From assembly GCA_003971905.1 (NCBI GenBank), contig RSEE01000002.1, positions 558,001-622,000 of the forward strand: a stretch of DNA of 64,000 bases, given 5' to 3'. This document shows, one piece after another, positions 38,474-51,249 of the stretch (within the stretch, counting starts at the first letter, position 1; every line of letters begins with the position of its first letter). This DNA comes from Moniliella sp. 'wahieum'. Its lineage: Eukaryota. The notes beneath the pieces are model-generated. The model saw only the letters and a list, made by a program, of their open reading frames with translations, searched no databases and was not told where the DNA came from. The translations under genes were made by a program, and so were the position numbers.

Positions 38474-41400
38474 ATGCTTCTTCTGTCGCACCGGTTGGCG
38501 CGCTTGCGCCCGGCGAGGCCATTGTGGAAGCATGCTTCGCCTGTGCTTTCTCGACCCTGTCCTTCCCCAGCTCGTGTCCTTCGTTCCCCCCCCTCCCCCC
38601 CGCCTGGGCACGCACGCGCCACTCACCACCTCCTGCTCGGCCAGCGTGGCAGCGGCCCAGGTCCGCTCACCCCCCAGTCAAATACCGCCGGCTCAGCCAG
38701 CACCAACATATTCTCCAACGCCCTGATATTACATTGGGTCGACGCAGTTGCAGCCGATGCAGCAGTGGGTCGTCTCGTCCCGCGGGGACCTGGAAGTTCG
38801 GGAGATCCGTGCCGCGCCTGGGTTCCAGAAGATTGTGGATGAGATCCTGGTGAATGCGGCGGACAATAAGGCGCGAGACGGGACGATGAGTTACTTGTCT
38901 GTCGACCTCGATGCAGCAAAGGGCACGATCACCATTGAGAATGACGGGGCAGGGATTCCGATTGAGCAGCACCATGGTGAGGGGGTGTGGATTCCCGAGC
39001 TGATTTTTGGCAACTTTATGACATCGAGCAACTACGATGACTTGGAAGCCAAAGTGACCGGTGGACGCAATGGGTTTGGTGCCAAACTGACCAACGTCTA
39101 CTCGACGCAATTTGACTGCACATCGTCTCGAACGGAAAGCCTACACCCAAACTTTTAGCAACAACATGCAGACCACTTTGCCGCCGAAGATCAGCCCGAG
39201 CCGAGCCAAGCCCTTTACCCGCATCACCTTTCACCCTGATTATGCGCGGTTTGGCATGACGGGCTTGGATGAGGATGCGTTGGCGTTGCTCCGGAGGAGG
39301 GTGTACGATTTGGCGGGTAGTGTGGGGTGGAGGTACGGTTGAATGGGAAAGCGTTGGACGTACGTGGATTCCGTTCCTATGTGACCAAGTACCTTACTTC
39401 GCCCGATGCGGCTGGCAGTGGTACGTGCGCCAGTGGCATTCGAGTCGGTGAGGTGGATGGGAAACGATGGGAGGTGGCGGTGGCGCCATCGCCGCAAGGG
39501 CAGTTTGACCAAGTTTCCTTCGTCAACAACATTGCCACCACCTCGGGCGGTCGACATGTGGAGTACGTAGAGCGCAAGGGGTAGAAGCCGTGGTGGAGAC
39601 GGCAGCGCGGAAGAGCGAGGGACACCTCAAGACGGCTCTCAAGGCCAACATGTGGCTCTTTCTCAATTGCCAAATTGTCAATCCTGCATTTGAGTCCCAG
39701 ACCAAAGAGAGCTTGACCACGCCTGCCTCCAAGTTTGGCAGCCATGGGCTCCCTCTGCCTCCTTTGTCCGATCGCTCGTCAAGTCGGACATTCTTTCTCG
39801 CGCCCAGGCCCAAGAGGCCGAACGGCTGCGCAAGCAGGAACAGCGCAAACTCCGCAAGACCGATGGGAGCAAGACGCAAAGGTACGGTTTTGTTTGTGTT
39901 TCCCTTGTGAGGCTGATGAAGCCGGTAGCCGCCGGAACGAACCTGACCCTTGTCCTTTATCTTTACTCTTTGCTTTGAACCAACAGGATCATTGGCATCC
40001 CCAAGCTCGAGGATGCCAACAATGCCGGCGGGCCCAAGAGCAGTGAATGCACCCTGATCCTAACCGAGGGTGACTCGGCCAAAGCGTTGGCTGTGGCGGG
40101 TCTGACGGTGGTGGGGCGGGACAACTATGGTGTTTCCCCTTACGAGGCAAGGTGCTCAACGTGCGTTCGGAAGCGGCCGAAAAAGTCGCCAAGAACCCAG
40201 AAATTACGGCAATCAAGGAAATTTTGGGTCTCAAGCACGGGGTGACATACAAGTCTACCGATTCGTTGCGGTACGGACGGGTGATGCTGATGACGGACCA
40301 AGATCACGATGGGGCTCACATCAAAGGTCTATTGCTCAACTACTTTGCGCTACTTTTTACCCTTCGCTCCTGGCGCTGCCCAACTTCCTTGTCCAATTCA
40401 TCACACCCATCATCCGGGCCTCGCAGGGCAACAAAAAGTCGACTTTTTCTCCATGGATCAATATGCCTCTTGGGCCGCAAGAACGAACGACGCGCGGATG
40501 GAAGATCAAGTACTACAAGGTACGTCGTGCTTGGCCCCTTCTGATAGCGTGAGGCAGGAAACGAATTGACAGGGGCATGTTTGTGTTTGTGTATTGTTTT
40601 GTGTTTGCGTTGCACATGTGTAGGGTCTCGGTACCAGCAACTCGGCCGACATTAAGGAGTACTTTCGTCGGATGGATACGCATGTCAAGCCTTTTGTTGC
40701 GACCAGTAAAAGGGAGCAACTCGCTGGACCTTGCCTTTAATCGGGATCGTGCTGAGGACCGCAAGAGCTGGTTGGACCAGTACGATGGAAAGGGGTGGAC
40801 CTGACCCTGCCGACGGTGAAAGTGGAAGATTTTGTCAACAAGGAGCTGATTCAATTTTCTCTTGCCCACCTCAAGCGGTCCATCCCTAGTTTGGTCGATG
40901 GTCTGAAACCGGGACAACGCAAGATCCTCTTTGCGTGTTTCCGTCGTGGTCTGTCGCCCAAGGACGAAGTCAAGGTGGCCCAGCTGGGCGGGTACGTTTC
41001 GGAGCACACGGCCTACCATCACGGCGAGGCGAATCTGAACGATACAATCGTTGGGTTGGCCAGCACTTTGTTGGTGCGAACAATATGAACCTGTTGATGC
41101 CCATTGGTCAATTTGGTTCGCGCGCAACGGGCGGGCAAGACGCAGCGGCGGTACGGTACATTTTTACCACTCTTAGTCCTATTGCGCGGACTGTGTTTCC
41201 CGAAGCGGACGATGCATTGTTGAACTACCTTGATGAAGAGGGACAAAGTGTGGAACCCGAGTGGTACATGCCCATCTTGCCAATGGTGCTCATCAATGGT
41301 GCCGAGGGAATCGGAACAGGGTGGTCCACCTTTATTCCCAACTACAACCCGATTGATGTGATGGACAACCTAAGCCGCTTGCTCAACAAGGAAAAGATGC

Positions 41401-42308
41401 GGCCGATGGTACCCTGGTTCCGGGGTTCCGCGGTCCCGTACGTGTTGTGGACGAGAGCAAGTTCCAGACAGTGGGGTTGGCGAGCCGGGTGCGCGGGAGC
41501 AAAACCAGTTGGGAAATCACCGAGTTGCCCGTCCACAAGTGGACAGCGACTTACAAGGCGTGGCTGGATGGCCAATTGGTCTTGGCGGATCCGTGGTTGA
41601 AAGATTACCAAGAGTACCACACCGAGTCGCACGTCAAGTTTGTCCTCCACCTCACGCCGAGCGGGGTGAAGGCCTTGGCCCGATCAACCTCGCCCGAAAC
41701 GTTTTTCAAGTTGGTTTCGAACCATTCGACCAACAATATGGTCCTGTTCAGTCCTTCGGGGCGAATTGCTCGGTACCAGTCGCCACTGGACATTCTGCAC
41801 GATTTCTTTGGAGTGCGACTGACGTTTTACCAGCGACGCAAGACGTACCTTGTGCAGCGGCTCGGAGCTGAGGTGGCACGACTGGAAATGCAAGCGCGCT
41901 TTGTTCAGCAGGTGGCCGACGGGCAACTGCAAGTTTCCGGACGGAAACACGAGGCCGTGGTAGCCGACTTGAGCCAGCGTGGGTTCTCTCCCGAAGCACC
42001 CAGCTACCCGGAAGGGGAGAGCAAGCGTACGCGCGCAGCAGCCAAGCGTTTGACTATCTGTTGAACATGCCGCTGCGCTCGCTGACGCAGGAAAGGTGGC
42101 GCGGCTGCAGGAGCAGTGGCGGAGAAGCAGGCGTTGGCTGCGCAACTGGAGGCGACCTCGCCCGAGGATATGGCGGACCGACCTGGGCGAGCTGCGCACT
42201 GGTGCGCACTGCTGCGACAGGACTTGGAGCAAAACTAGCACAATGGATGCAAGCAGAATGGTGCTGGCTATGAGCGTGTGCCTTGATAGGAGATGGAGAT
42301 GGAGATGA
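38474..42308 (+). CDS. TOP2: DNA topoisomerase II (type IIA), short form without C-terminal domain; introns 39882-39986 and 40520-40623
   Basis: YRRLSQHQHILQRPD, DEILVNAADNK, TSSNYDD, GGRNGFGAKL, TEGDSA, PLRGK, MTDQDHDG, YYK|GLGTS, RSIPSLVDGLKPGQRK, YHHGE, catalytic RYIFT, GIGTGWST and IWRTDL. The stop position is uncertain. Confidence 0.93.
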
Positions 42309-42376
42309 GATGGAGATGGAGATGGATGGAGATGGAGATGGAGATGGAGATGGAGATGGAGATGGAGATGGAGATG
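42290..42376 (+). repeat. (GAGATG)n hexanucleotide microsatellite
   Basis: About 14 near-perfect GAGATG units. Confidence 0.95.
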
Positions 42377-42824
42377 GGGAGGATAACAAGGGGCGATGGT
42401 TGGGTAGGCCAGGAGAGAAAGGAGAATATACTCGCTGGCTGGCGTGTGGAGACGCATGCATGCATGCGTGTGGGCAGGGTCTGGCCGGAGCTTAAGCAGG
42501 CTTAGACAGGCGCAGTGCCCATCGCGTGGGCCCTCTCTTCCCTCGGCCCAGACACTGCCCCAGCGCCCCCGCCGCTGCCCGCATGTAGTAATGCCTGGCC
42601 TCGCTACCGTCGTCTGCGAACGGTGCCTCCCATCTCGCCAGTCTTGCTCCGGCCGTGTACGGTTCTGCTCGCTACTACAGCCTCTCTCGCACCCACCCCC
42701 GTCTCTCTGCCCCTCCTTCCATCCTCCAAGCGTCTTTGCGCAGTCGCAACGCCTCCCTTCTGCACTCCCCACGGCGCCGCGGTTCCTCTTCTCTGCCCCA
42801 CCCCCACACACCACACCACCGGCC

Positions 42825-44675
42825 ATGCTCAGCTCCAACGGCGCCAGCCCCGCCCCCTTGCTCGCTCGCCCCTCCCTCCCCGGCGTCAGCGCCCTAATGC
42901 TGCTGCGCCTCCGCCTGACAGTTTGGATCCCACCCGGTTCTGCCACCTCTCCAAAACACGCATTCCCCACCGCCATACGCTGCTACAACCTACCCTCACG
43001 TCCAGCCTTCTTCCACCGGAGCCTTCAACTGCAACGCTATGAGGACCTTTCAGCCACTCCTTGGGCTGGCTTCTCCAATGAAGCCAGCACGCCGGGATCT
43101 TTCGTCACTCCCTTTGGCCCAGAGAACGCTCTCCTTCCCTTTACACCTGGAACGACGGAAGAGCAGGGCAGAGCTTGACAGTAGCTGCAGCAGCTACATT
43201 AATAGCGGCAGAGGGAGCAGATCATGCCAGAGCCACAACTGGCAGAGACATGGGGGGCTTCTATTTCCGAGCCCCACTTGGCCCTCCCCCACTCCCACCC
43301 CGACCCGACGGGTCCAGCTTACCCTACCCCCCGTCTTTTCTTCCGTGAGTAAACTATACGGTAGTCTTCGCCCGGCCCTCTTTTACCGCGGACGGATTTT
43401 AGCCTCCCCTGGTTCGCACTCGGTGCTTTGGACCACGGTAGCATCTGTTCTCCTCGCGATCCATGGGGGAGGACTCGATCGAAGAAGAGTGATGTGGACG
43501 CCCCCTTCATCAATGTACTGATGGCTATTCAACCTCCGCCTACCCCAGTTTTGTCCCTAATCTGCCAGGACGCCTCCATAACCCTCACATCTCTGCTATT
43601 ACGCCAATATCCTTCACTCGACACCACAGGTACGGTCACAACAGACAGAGCAGGCTTCCGATACGGCGGCATCCCCTACTGCAGCATCGGTGCCCACAAC
43701 AGTGTTCCCTGCAGCAACGGGCCCCACAACAGAGTCCCCTGCAGCCCCACACCCAGCCTCTGCAGTCGATTCACTCTCTGCTTCCGTGTCAGGAGATGGA
43801 AGCGCTGTGGACAAACCGGCTGCTGGTCGCGTTCCTGGGATGAGGACGATACGGCAGAAAAAGTTCACGCGCAGCCGCACCGGCTGTCTGACATGCCGCA
43901 ATCGCAAGATCAAGTGTCCACAAGATGGAACACCGTGCACGAAATGTGTTCAGGGCCGCCGTTCTTGTTTTACGGACCGAACCCTCCCCCGGGGCGACGG
44001 ACCAAAAGCGGATGAACCGAGAACTCAAGGCTCTGATGGCTTCGGCCCAAGGACAAATCGCTCAAAGCAGGCAATCAGCAAAGTAGCCAAATCCGCCAAA
44101 ACAGGAAAAGCAGGCAAAGCAAACAAAGCGGTCAAAGGAGACAAAGAAGCCAAGGATATCGGGCATCACACTCTTCCCTTATCCTCCATGGACACAGGTC
44201 ATGGCTATGCTACGAAGATGTACTACGCTGTTCTGCCTTGGGGAAAGTCTCTTCCTGGTTTGACCAACAGTAAGGGTCTGTCTCCCCTCTCGGGTACCAC
44301 ATGGACGGACCCCCAGGCCGACATATCTCCAACGCGGCACCAATCAGGAAAGGAATCTGACTTGGATTGTAACACCCTCAACACTCTATCCCTTTCCACC
44401 CTCCTCCCGCTACGGTGACCAGTGCATTTGGCAACAGATATTTTCAACACGGCCCCCGCCTTCCCTTTTTCATCAGAACCGATTACAGTAACACGTCTTC
44501 CATTTTCCGGCGAAAAGGGGTGGGGTACGCAGGTGCTGGCTGTTATCTAGCATCCAGTCCGACCACAGGAACCAGAGCCTCAGGAGATGAGAATCACCTC
44601 CAAAGGATGAACGAGAAGGCACCCCTAATCCTACCTCTCCTGCACATGAGGAAAGTGACGATTCGTCTACCCTGA
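42825..44675 (+). CDS. Zn(II)2Cys6 fungal transcription factor (cluster at ~43860-43970)
   Basis: KKFTRSRTGCLTCRNRKIKCPQDGTPCTKCVQGRRSC is a C-x2-C-x6-C-x6-C-x2-C-x6-C cluster. The flanks are low-complexity and frameshifted, so the boundaries are uncertain. Confidence 0.75.
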
Positions 44676-45939
44676 GACTTGACTGAGGTACGCTGGCCCT
44701 TTGCGATTGCCACTTTTCCCCGGCTTTTGTCTTCATTCTTTCTTCGCCCATTGCTCTTCCACGAGCAGTACCTTACAAAAGAGTGTCTCCTTTTTACATT
44801 GCTGTCGGCACTGTGCGCTACATTCATATTATCCTGTCGTCCTATCGTACCATGACTCTGTCGGCTTCGTCCAGCACGTACTACTACGCACTGTATGTTG
44901 TGACCAAATCGAAGACTGACTCCCCGCCGCCTGCTTATCTGCATGCGGTTTCTTTCTTTCGGGTGCACGCATAACTGCATACCGGTAGCTTAACTGGCGC
45001 GGTAACAATTTCCCCGTGCTTGACCGTTTTGACCACATCGCCTTCATCGTTTTGTTCTTTCACTTGTCCCTTGTCTTTTGCCTTTTGCTGTGTTACTGTG
45101 TACTTTCTGTCGAAAAACTAAAAAAAAAACTTGTGACTATATCCATAATTCTCTCGCGCCCTTACTCTTCCTCCCTTCGGGTCCTTACGCTCCATGCGAT
45201 ATACTTTTCAATTGTATCGCCCTAATATGGGCCTATTATGTTGTCTCATGGCCTCCTCACACCTCGTATTTGGGCCTGCTCGACACGTCGAGAGCAATGA
45301 AGGTACTGTAGAACTGGGTGCAGACTAACTTAGTACAGCGCACATTCTCCACTCACCATACTCTCAACAGTTAACCGCGGTTTGGCCTGTGGAACCCAAA
45401 GACCACACCTTGTCTTCTCCCCTCTCTGGGGCCACACAAGTATCCACAACACATATTCATAGTAAGTTGTCTAGATACCAATTTTTGGTACAAACCCCGA
45501 AGTGAGGTTACTGTTTTGGGGGCACTTTTTGAACGTCCAAGGTGAAAAGTAGAGGGCGACATGAGGATCCTAAGCTGCCAAGCGTGTGCTGGCTCTCTTG
45601 CTAGAACCAGTGGTGGGTTCGGTCGTACCTCTCCAAAGGCCCAAACGTGGCCTTAAGGCCTCATGGCCGTCATTGCCCTCATGGCCTCAATGGCACTTTC
45701 GGAACTCGGGAAGATCGATGATCGATGATCGATAATCGATAATCGATGATCATACAAGCTGGATTAGGTATTTGGTCGACCAGTCGCGGATCACGTGATC
45801 TGACGATGACCTGGAGGAGCGGAGTTTGCCCTTCTCTTTTCCGCCTGATTGTTGAGGCTGGTTTTTGGGCGATTGGAGAGCGCGTTCGGCTAGGTCAAGC
45901 AAGTGGTGCGACGCCACCATCGATTTGTGGATTGGAGTG

Positions 45940-47088
45940 ATGGGTACGTCTGGTTCTTGTTCTTTCTTGCTCTTGTTCCCCTCTCCCGCTGCCTCCCAAT
46001 CCTGTTCCCTCTGCTTATTCTGTCCTACTGACACATTCTCTCGTTGCGCTTGCGTTTGTTTGGTTTGCTGGAACCAGACTACCAAAACCGTGCGGGGTAA
46101 AAGGGAGCCGGCGTGGCCGGCGACTCGGAGGCGAATGTGCATCGCCGTGACCGGCTGCGCAAGTTAGCGTTGGAGTCGATTGATTTGAGCAAGGTACGTT
46201 TGGGTTTCAGTGGGGGTTCCTTTCCTGTTCTGGGCCCTACTGGCCCTCTTTGCTGGCACATCCGAATTCTTTGATTCTGACCCATGGTTCTGACTTGTCG
46301 TTTGGCTGTCGTTTGGCTTGTGTGCGACCCAGGATCCGTACATTCTGCGCAACCATCTAGGCGGGATCGATTGTAGGTTATGTTTGACGCAGCACCCCAA
46401 CGAAAACTCCTACCTCGCCATACGCAGGGGAAAAAACACCAGACCAACCTGGCCATGCGCGCTGCCAAAGATCAAAAAAGCCAAGCCCGGTTCACGCCGC
46501 AACTGCTGTTGACAGACCGAGACCGACGGCAAGACAAGCCCAAGAAAGTGTTTGTCAAGATTGGCAAGCCGGGATTCAGCATCACCAAAATCCGGGAACT
46601 TACACCTTTGCCTCCGGTAGGCGTGACCGAATCGGAATCGGAACGCGCTGTGCGTCTGCAACAAGGGGGTCGGTTGGGCTTGTTGTTCAAGATCCCCTTA
46701 CCACAAATCAAACCGGGTGTTCGCCCGTTGTACCGCATCCTCTCCTCATTTGAGCAGCACATTGAGCCGCAAGATCGCGCATGGCAGTACCTCGTCGTGG
46801 CGGCTGAGCCGTACGAGAGTATTGCATTTAAGTTGGAATCGCGTGAGGCGGATCGGACGCCGTTGGTGTTAACCTCCTCGGCTGCTTTGGCACGAGCAAA
46901 GCACGAGACGGGTACATGGTCGTATTGGGATCCGGACACTAAAACTTACAGTACGTTTTCTCCCTCTTGATCATCCTTTTTGTTCTTTCTTGCCGTGTCC
47001 TTTGACTGGCTGCAACATGGTTAGGACGCGAGTGCTGACATTGGTTGTTGGGTGCTGCAGCTATCCAGGTGTGTTCAAGCGTTCGTGA
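45940..47088 (+). CDS. PRP11: Splicing factor 3A subunit 2 (SF3a66/Sap62); introns 45944-46077, 46194-46332, 46951-47060
   Basis: The spliced product reads MDYQNRAG..RRDRLRKLALESIDLSK|DPYILRNHLGGIDCRLCLTQHPNENSYL.HTQGKKHQTNL, KIGKPG, FEQ..E and QYLVVAAEPYESIAFK. Confidence 0.93.
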
Positions 47089-48483
47089 AGGATGGATGGA
47101 GGCCGTTGGTACCGTATTTACCTTTGTGCATATTCGTTTAGTTGTGCGGGTGGGTATGTGCGGCCGTGGTCGTAGGATGCGGTTTTGCAAGCGAGACAGG
47201 CAAGGGGGAAGTTCAAGTTGAACTTCAATGCTGCCAGTTGAACTCAACGTTTAGGCTTACACATACTTGCGTGTGTTCATATTTCGGGCTATTATGATCG
47301 ACCGGCGCACATCACCCTTTCTGTCGTCGACCCTCGAGCACCACATGCTTGCTCCATCACTATATCTCCATCACTACCCCACTCCCGATTGCCCTGACGA
47401 GGTAGGCATTGACAGTGTGACAAAAATAGAGGCCGCATGAACTACACCAGCATATTTGGCGGAAAAATCGACCCTGAGAGACACAAGACACATGTACCCA
47501 AAGACCGGAGACGAAACGCAGCACGCACAACCCAAGTCTTGACGTATTTATATACACAAAGAGCCACGGGGTCAAACACTTCGTCGTCAGAGTCCATCTT
47601 TGAATCCCATATTTTTTCTCTCGTGTTGAGCTCTACTATCGTTCTCTCCCCTCTCCTCCTGGTTGGGCTCATTCAAAAGGACGCACTGGATCTAAAGTTG
47701 GACGATATGGGGGTAACGTGGACCTGGGGGACTTAGACACCACTGAGACGCATGGAATAATTGGGAGTATAGGAGGCACAGGAGCGGAAGGGTATCGCAC
47801 CCTACCCATTCTAGCCATCTCTTCATCCACAAGACGACATTCACACCGAATAGCATCACATTTTGCCAAGGAAGAAAACGACTCCCGAAGTGGGAATGGA
47901 TTGGTTCCCCTATGCTATACTACTTCACTGTTGTGAACTGGCACAAAATTGTGCATGCCTATGCAACTCTGCTCTAATAATACCGGAACAAACATGGCGT
48001 CTTGCTGTGTCCCAACTTGAGTCTACATTCCCCATGGAACCCACTCTAATGACAGTATTCTGTCCGTATGCACCGTGCACCGTGACTACAACTCAAAGCA
48101 GACTGAGTGGCCGCAATCCAAGCAATAGCACCAAGCCCCACTTAACTAACCCGCATTAACGACGCGTCACGTGGGGACCTAAACCCCAGTCGGGTCCGTA
48201 CGACAAACGCTACTAGCATTCTTGTGCAATATATGCATGTACCACCAGTCATCAATCTATCGCATTGGAACAGACTATGGCACCGTTCGGCTGTAGTGGG
48301 AAAAACAAGTTGACGTTAACATTGATAACGTGCCTAATCTGCTCGTGAGTCATTTGCCGAGAGCGGAGGATATGGACAACTCAAACGTGGGAGAGCTCGG
48401 CACAGAGAGCAGGAACCCGTCACTGAAAACAAGGATTGACAAAACAAAAGCCCATACAGTGACAGTGTGGTAGCAGGAGAGCA

Positions 48484-51127
48484 TCAGCTCGATCCCGACG
48501 AAGCAATTGGGTTGGGCAGCCACAGGCCATTGGGCGCCGGCGCAAAGCCATTGGGAGGAATATCCTTCATGGTGAGGATTCCGGAGCCCTGCAGGTTGTT
48601 GGTTCCACCTTGTTGCCCCACCACAAGTTTTCACCGTTGAAGGGATTGTCAACAGCGAGGAGGCGCGTGTTGGGTACCTCAAGAATAAGTGAGATGAGGA
48701 ACGACATGATCGCTGCACCGCAGTCAAAGCCGGCAGAGATAATATAGTTGTAGTCGGTCCAGAACTCGAAGTAGTGGTGACGGAGGAAGTACTGGAAGAA
48801 CCAGCCGACAAGGAACCAGGAAGTAAAGTTGATTCCAGTCGCAGGAGGCATCATACCCGTCGCAGAGAAGAAGACGGGCCAATTGATGAGACGGACCCAC
48901 GAGTTGGGGTACTTCTTGGCCAAGTACCACGTCGGCACAGGAATTACAGCGCCAACGATGAACATGATGTCAGAGCACCGTACGTCTGCCCTACAGCAAA
49001 CGTCCGGGCGGGTCCGATAAGGCCCCAAATAATACTCGCTTTAAACGAAATAGAGTCAGCATCAGAGTCTAGTCAGGTAAACAAGAAGAGGAGAAACGTA
49101 CCCGAGTAGAAAGTGTGTTGGTACTGGCACGTAAAATGCGCGGGGCTGATCTTTTCGTTGGGGTTGGCACCGCAGAGGTTGTGAGTGGAGCCAAAGAGGA
49201 AAGCAGTGACAGCAACTTGCACCAGGCAGGCCCAGATGGTGGAAATCATCTGGCCCCAGAACATGTCGCGAGGTGGGACCTTCATGTAATGACCCAACTT
49301 CAGATCCTGAACAAACGTAACAGCTTGGGCCATGGAAATGTAGCCAAATGTCTTGAAAATCATCATGGCCACCGGCTTGCCGGGATGGCGTACCCGACAA
49401 TCATTTCACTAATGACGTTGAGACCTGGTTCGTTGGCCGTCACAGCGACAATGATACCGATAGGAATCGTGTAGAGGGCACTCATAAGGATGGCAATGAT
49501 GAACATCCAAATAGGCAGCTGGGTCTTGTAAACGTAAATGGCAGGGATGGCCATCGCAAACGAGGCCAAGAAGGTAGCCAAGTACCACAGGTATGGCACC
49601 TCCTTGTAGCGCGACATGAGACGAGCGTGAATGTCAGGCTCTTCGTGCAGAGAGCGCTTAACTTGCTGGACAATCTGAGGGCCATAGTACAAGGCGACGT
49701 GACTCAGAGTCGATGTGATGGCCCCAAAACCAACACAGTAGCTAATGATGAACGTCTGGTGTTACACCTTGTCAGTGATAATTCGCTACGGAGGGAAAAA
49801 TTACATACGGCACTGAGGTACTCCTTCGAGTAACTGTCGTAGGCGGTTTGATCCAACACATAGTCGGGAGTAACCACATGGCTGACGGAGTAAGGCTGAC
49901 CGAAACGGTCGAAAATGCCGGAGTCAGAGAAGGTGAGGTAGCCCGTGTACTTGGTGTTCGTTGCCCACATGATGGGTGCCACGAAAGCAATGATGATTAG
50001 GTAGCCCACCATGGTGTTAGCAATAGCAAACCATGGCACAAAGATGGGGGATCCAAGGCCACTGATAACCTGCAGCCAATCGAGAGAGATCACGTTGAAG
50101 CCAATGCCACCAGAACCACCAAAGACGAGGTTGACGCCCTTGTTCTTGGGTGCAGCCCAAGCCGGCCATGAGAAGACCGATAGTCCAGTAAAGAGGTACG
50201 AGGGAACAATCTCCCACACAAACATGAACAATGCCGTGACGGAGAACATCTTGAAACGAGACCAACCACGGAAACTCCCGATCTTCTTGTTCTCATGCAT
50301 CGACGTAAGGAACGCCGTGTTGGTCAAGTTGGCAGGCCAAATCATGGACGCAGGCCACACCAAAACCTGACGGCAGAAGCCTGCATAGGAGAAGCCAATG
50401 AGTTGGGTCGAAAGCGTGAGGAGAATCATGTACCCAGCGGTAATGTGTTGACCGTAGTAAGCGTGCTGGGTAATGAAAATGTCGGTGGAGTATGCCGACC
50501 CCACTCCGACGGTGGCCATGACAGTAATCATGGTGTGCTCTTTAATTTGAACGGGCCAGGGTTGAACCAGTCAGCGAGTGGCCAGTTGCGCGGGTAAGGG
50601 ATCTTGGCCATGGCGACACCAATGGGATAAGCAAACAGTTGCACTGCAATGGACGGGAATGTAACCATAGGCCACTGTGGGAACGAGAGGTACAACCATT
50701 AGCAGTGCCCAGTGAGCAAATGCATGACACAATGAAGACGTACCTGGGCAGAGAAGTACATGTTGATACCACTAAGCACCGTGCAGGCAATCATGCCCAT
50801 GGACCATGAGCGGAACGTGTTGGCCTTCATGGTGGGGTCATCGATATTGCTGACGGCGGCACGAACTTCAGGGTAGATGGAATCGTCGCCGATTACATCC
50901 TCAAGACGCAGTTCGGCCTTCTGGTCCCCCTTGTGCAGCGCCTGGTCAGCCTCGTGCAGCAGGGCTGGGTCCAGGTTGGGATCGTTGATGCGGCCGCTGG
51001 TGATCTCATGACGGATGTCGTTCTCAATAGCACCAAAAGCAGCTTCGTGGTCTAGGACATAGGCGGGCTCTTGGACGTCAGGCGCAAGGTCCTTCGTCAC
51101 GTCCTCCTTCTCCAAAGGGCTAGCCAT
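48484..51127 (-). CDS. Oligopeptide transporter (OPT family, Isp4/Opt-like), multi-exon
   Basis: DSIYPEVRAAVSNIDDP..ANTFRSW, NPGPF..KEHTMITVMA, LVWPASMIWPANL, DIHARLMSRYKEVP, NEPGLNVISE, DLKLGHYMKVPPR and YNYIISAGFDCG. Confidence 0.93.
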
Positions 51128-51249
51128 GGTGGTGGCGGGGGGTAGGATGTGGGAAAGACAAGACAGGGAGAGAACGGTTTGTTAAAAGGAACGCAGGTTG
51201 GGGGCTCTACGTAAAAGCGCGCTGGGCTTTGTACCGGCCAGAACTAGTG

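Noticed and set aside
42268..42505. ORFs with ME/DG/IS dipeptide repeats
   Set aside because: They are translations of the GAGATG microsatellite.
12390..47088. Mass pseudogenisation or programmed frameshifting
   Set aside because: Essential genes are affected, the motifs are intact and the breaks are scattered, so sequencing error is far more parsimonious.
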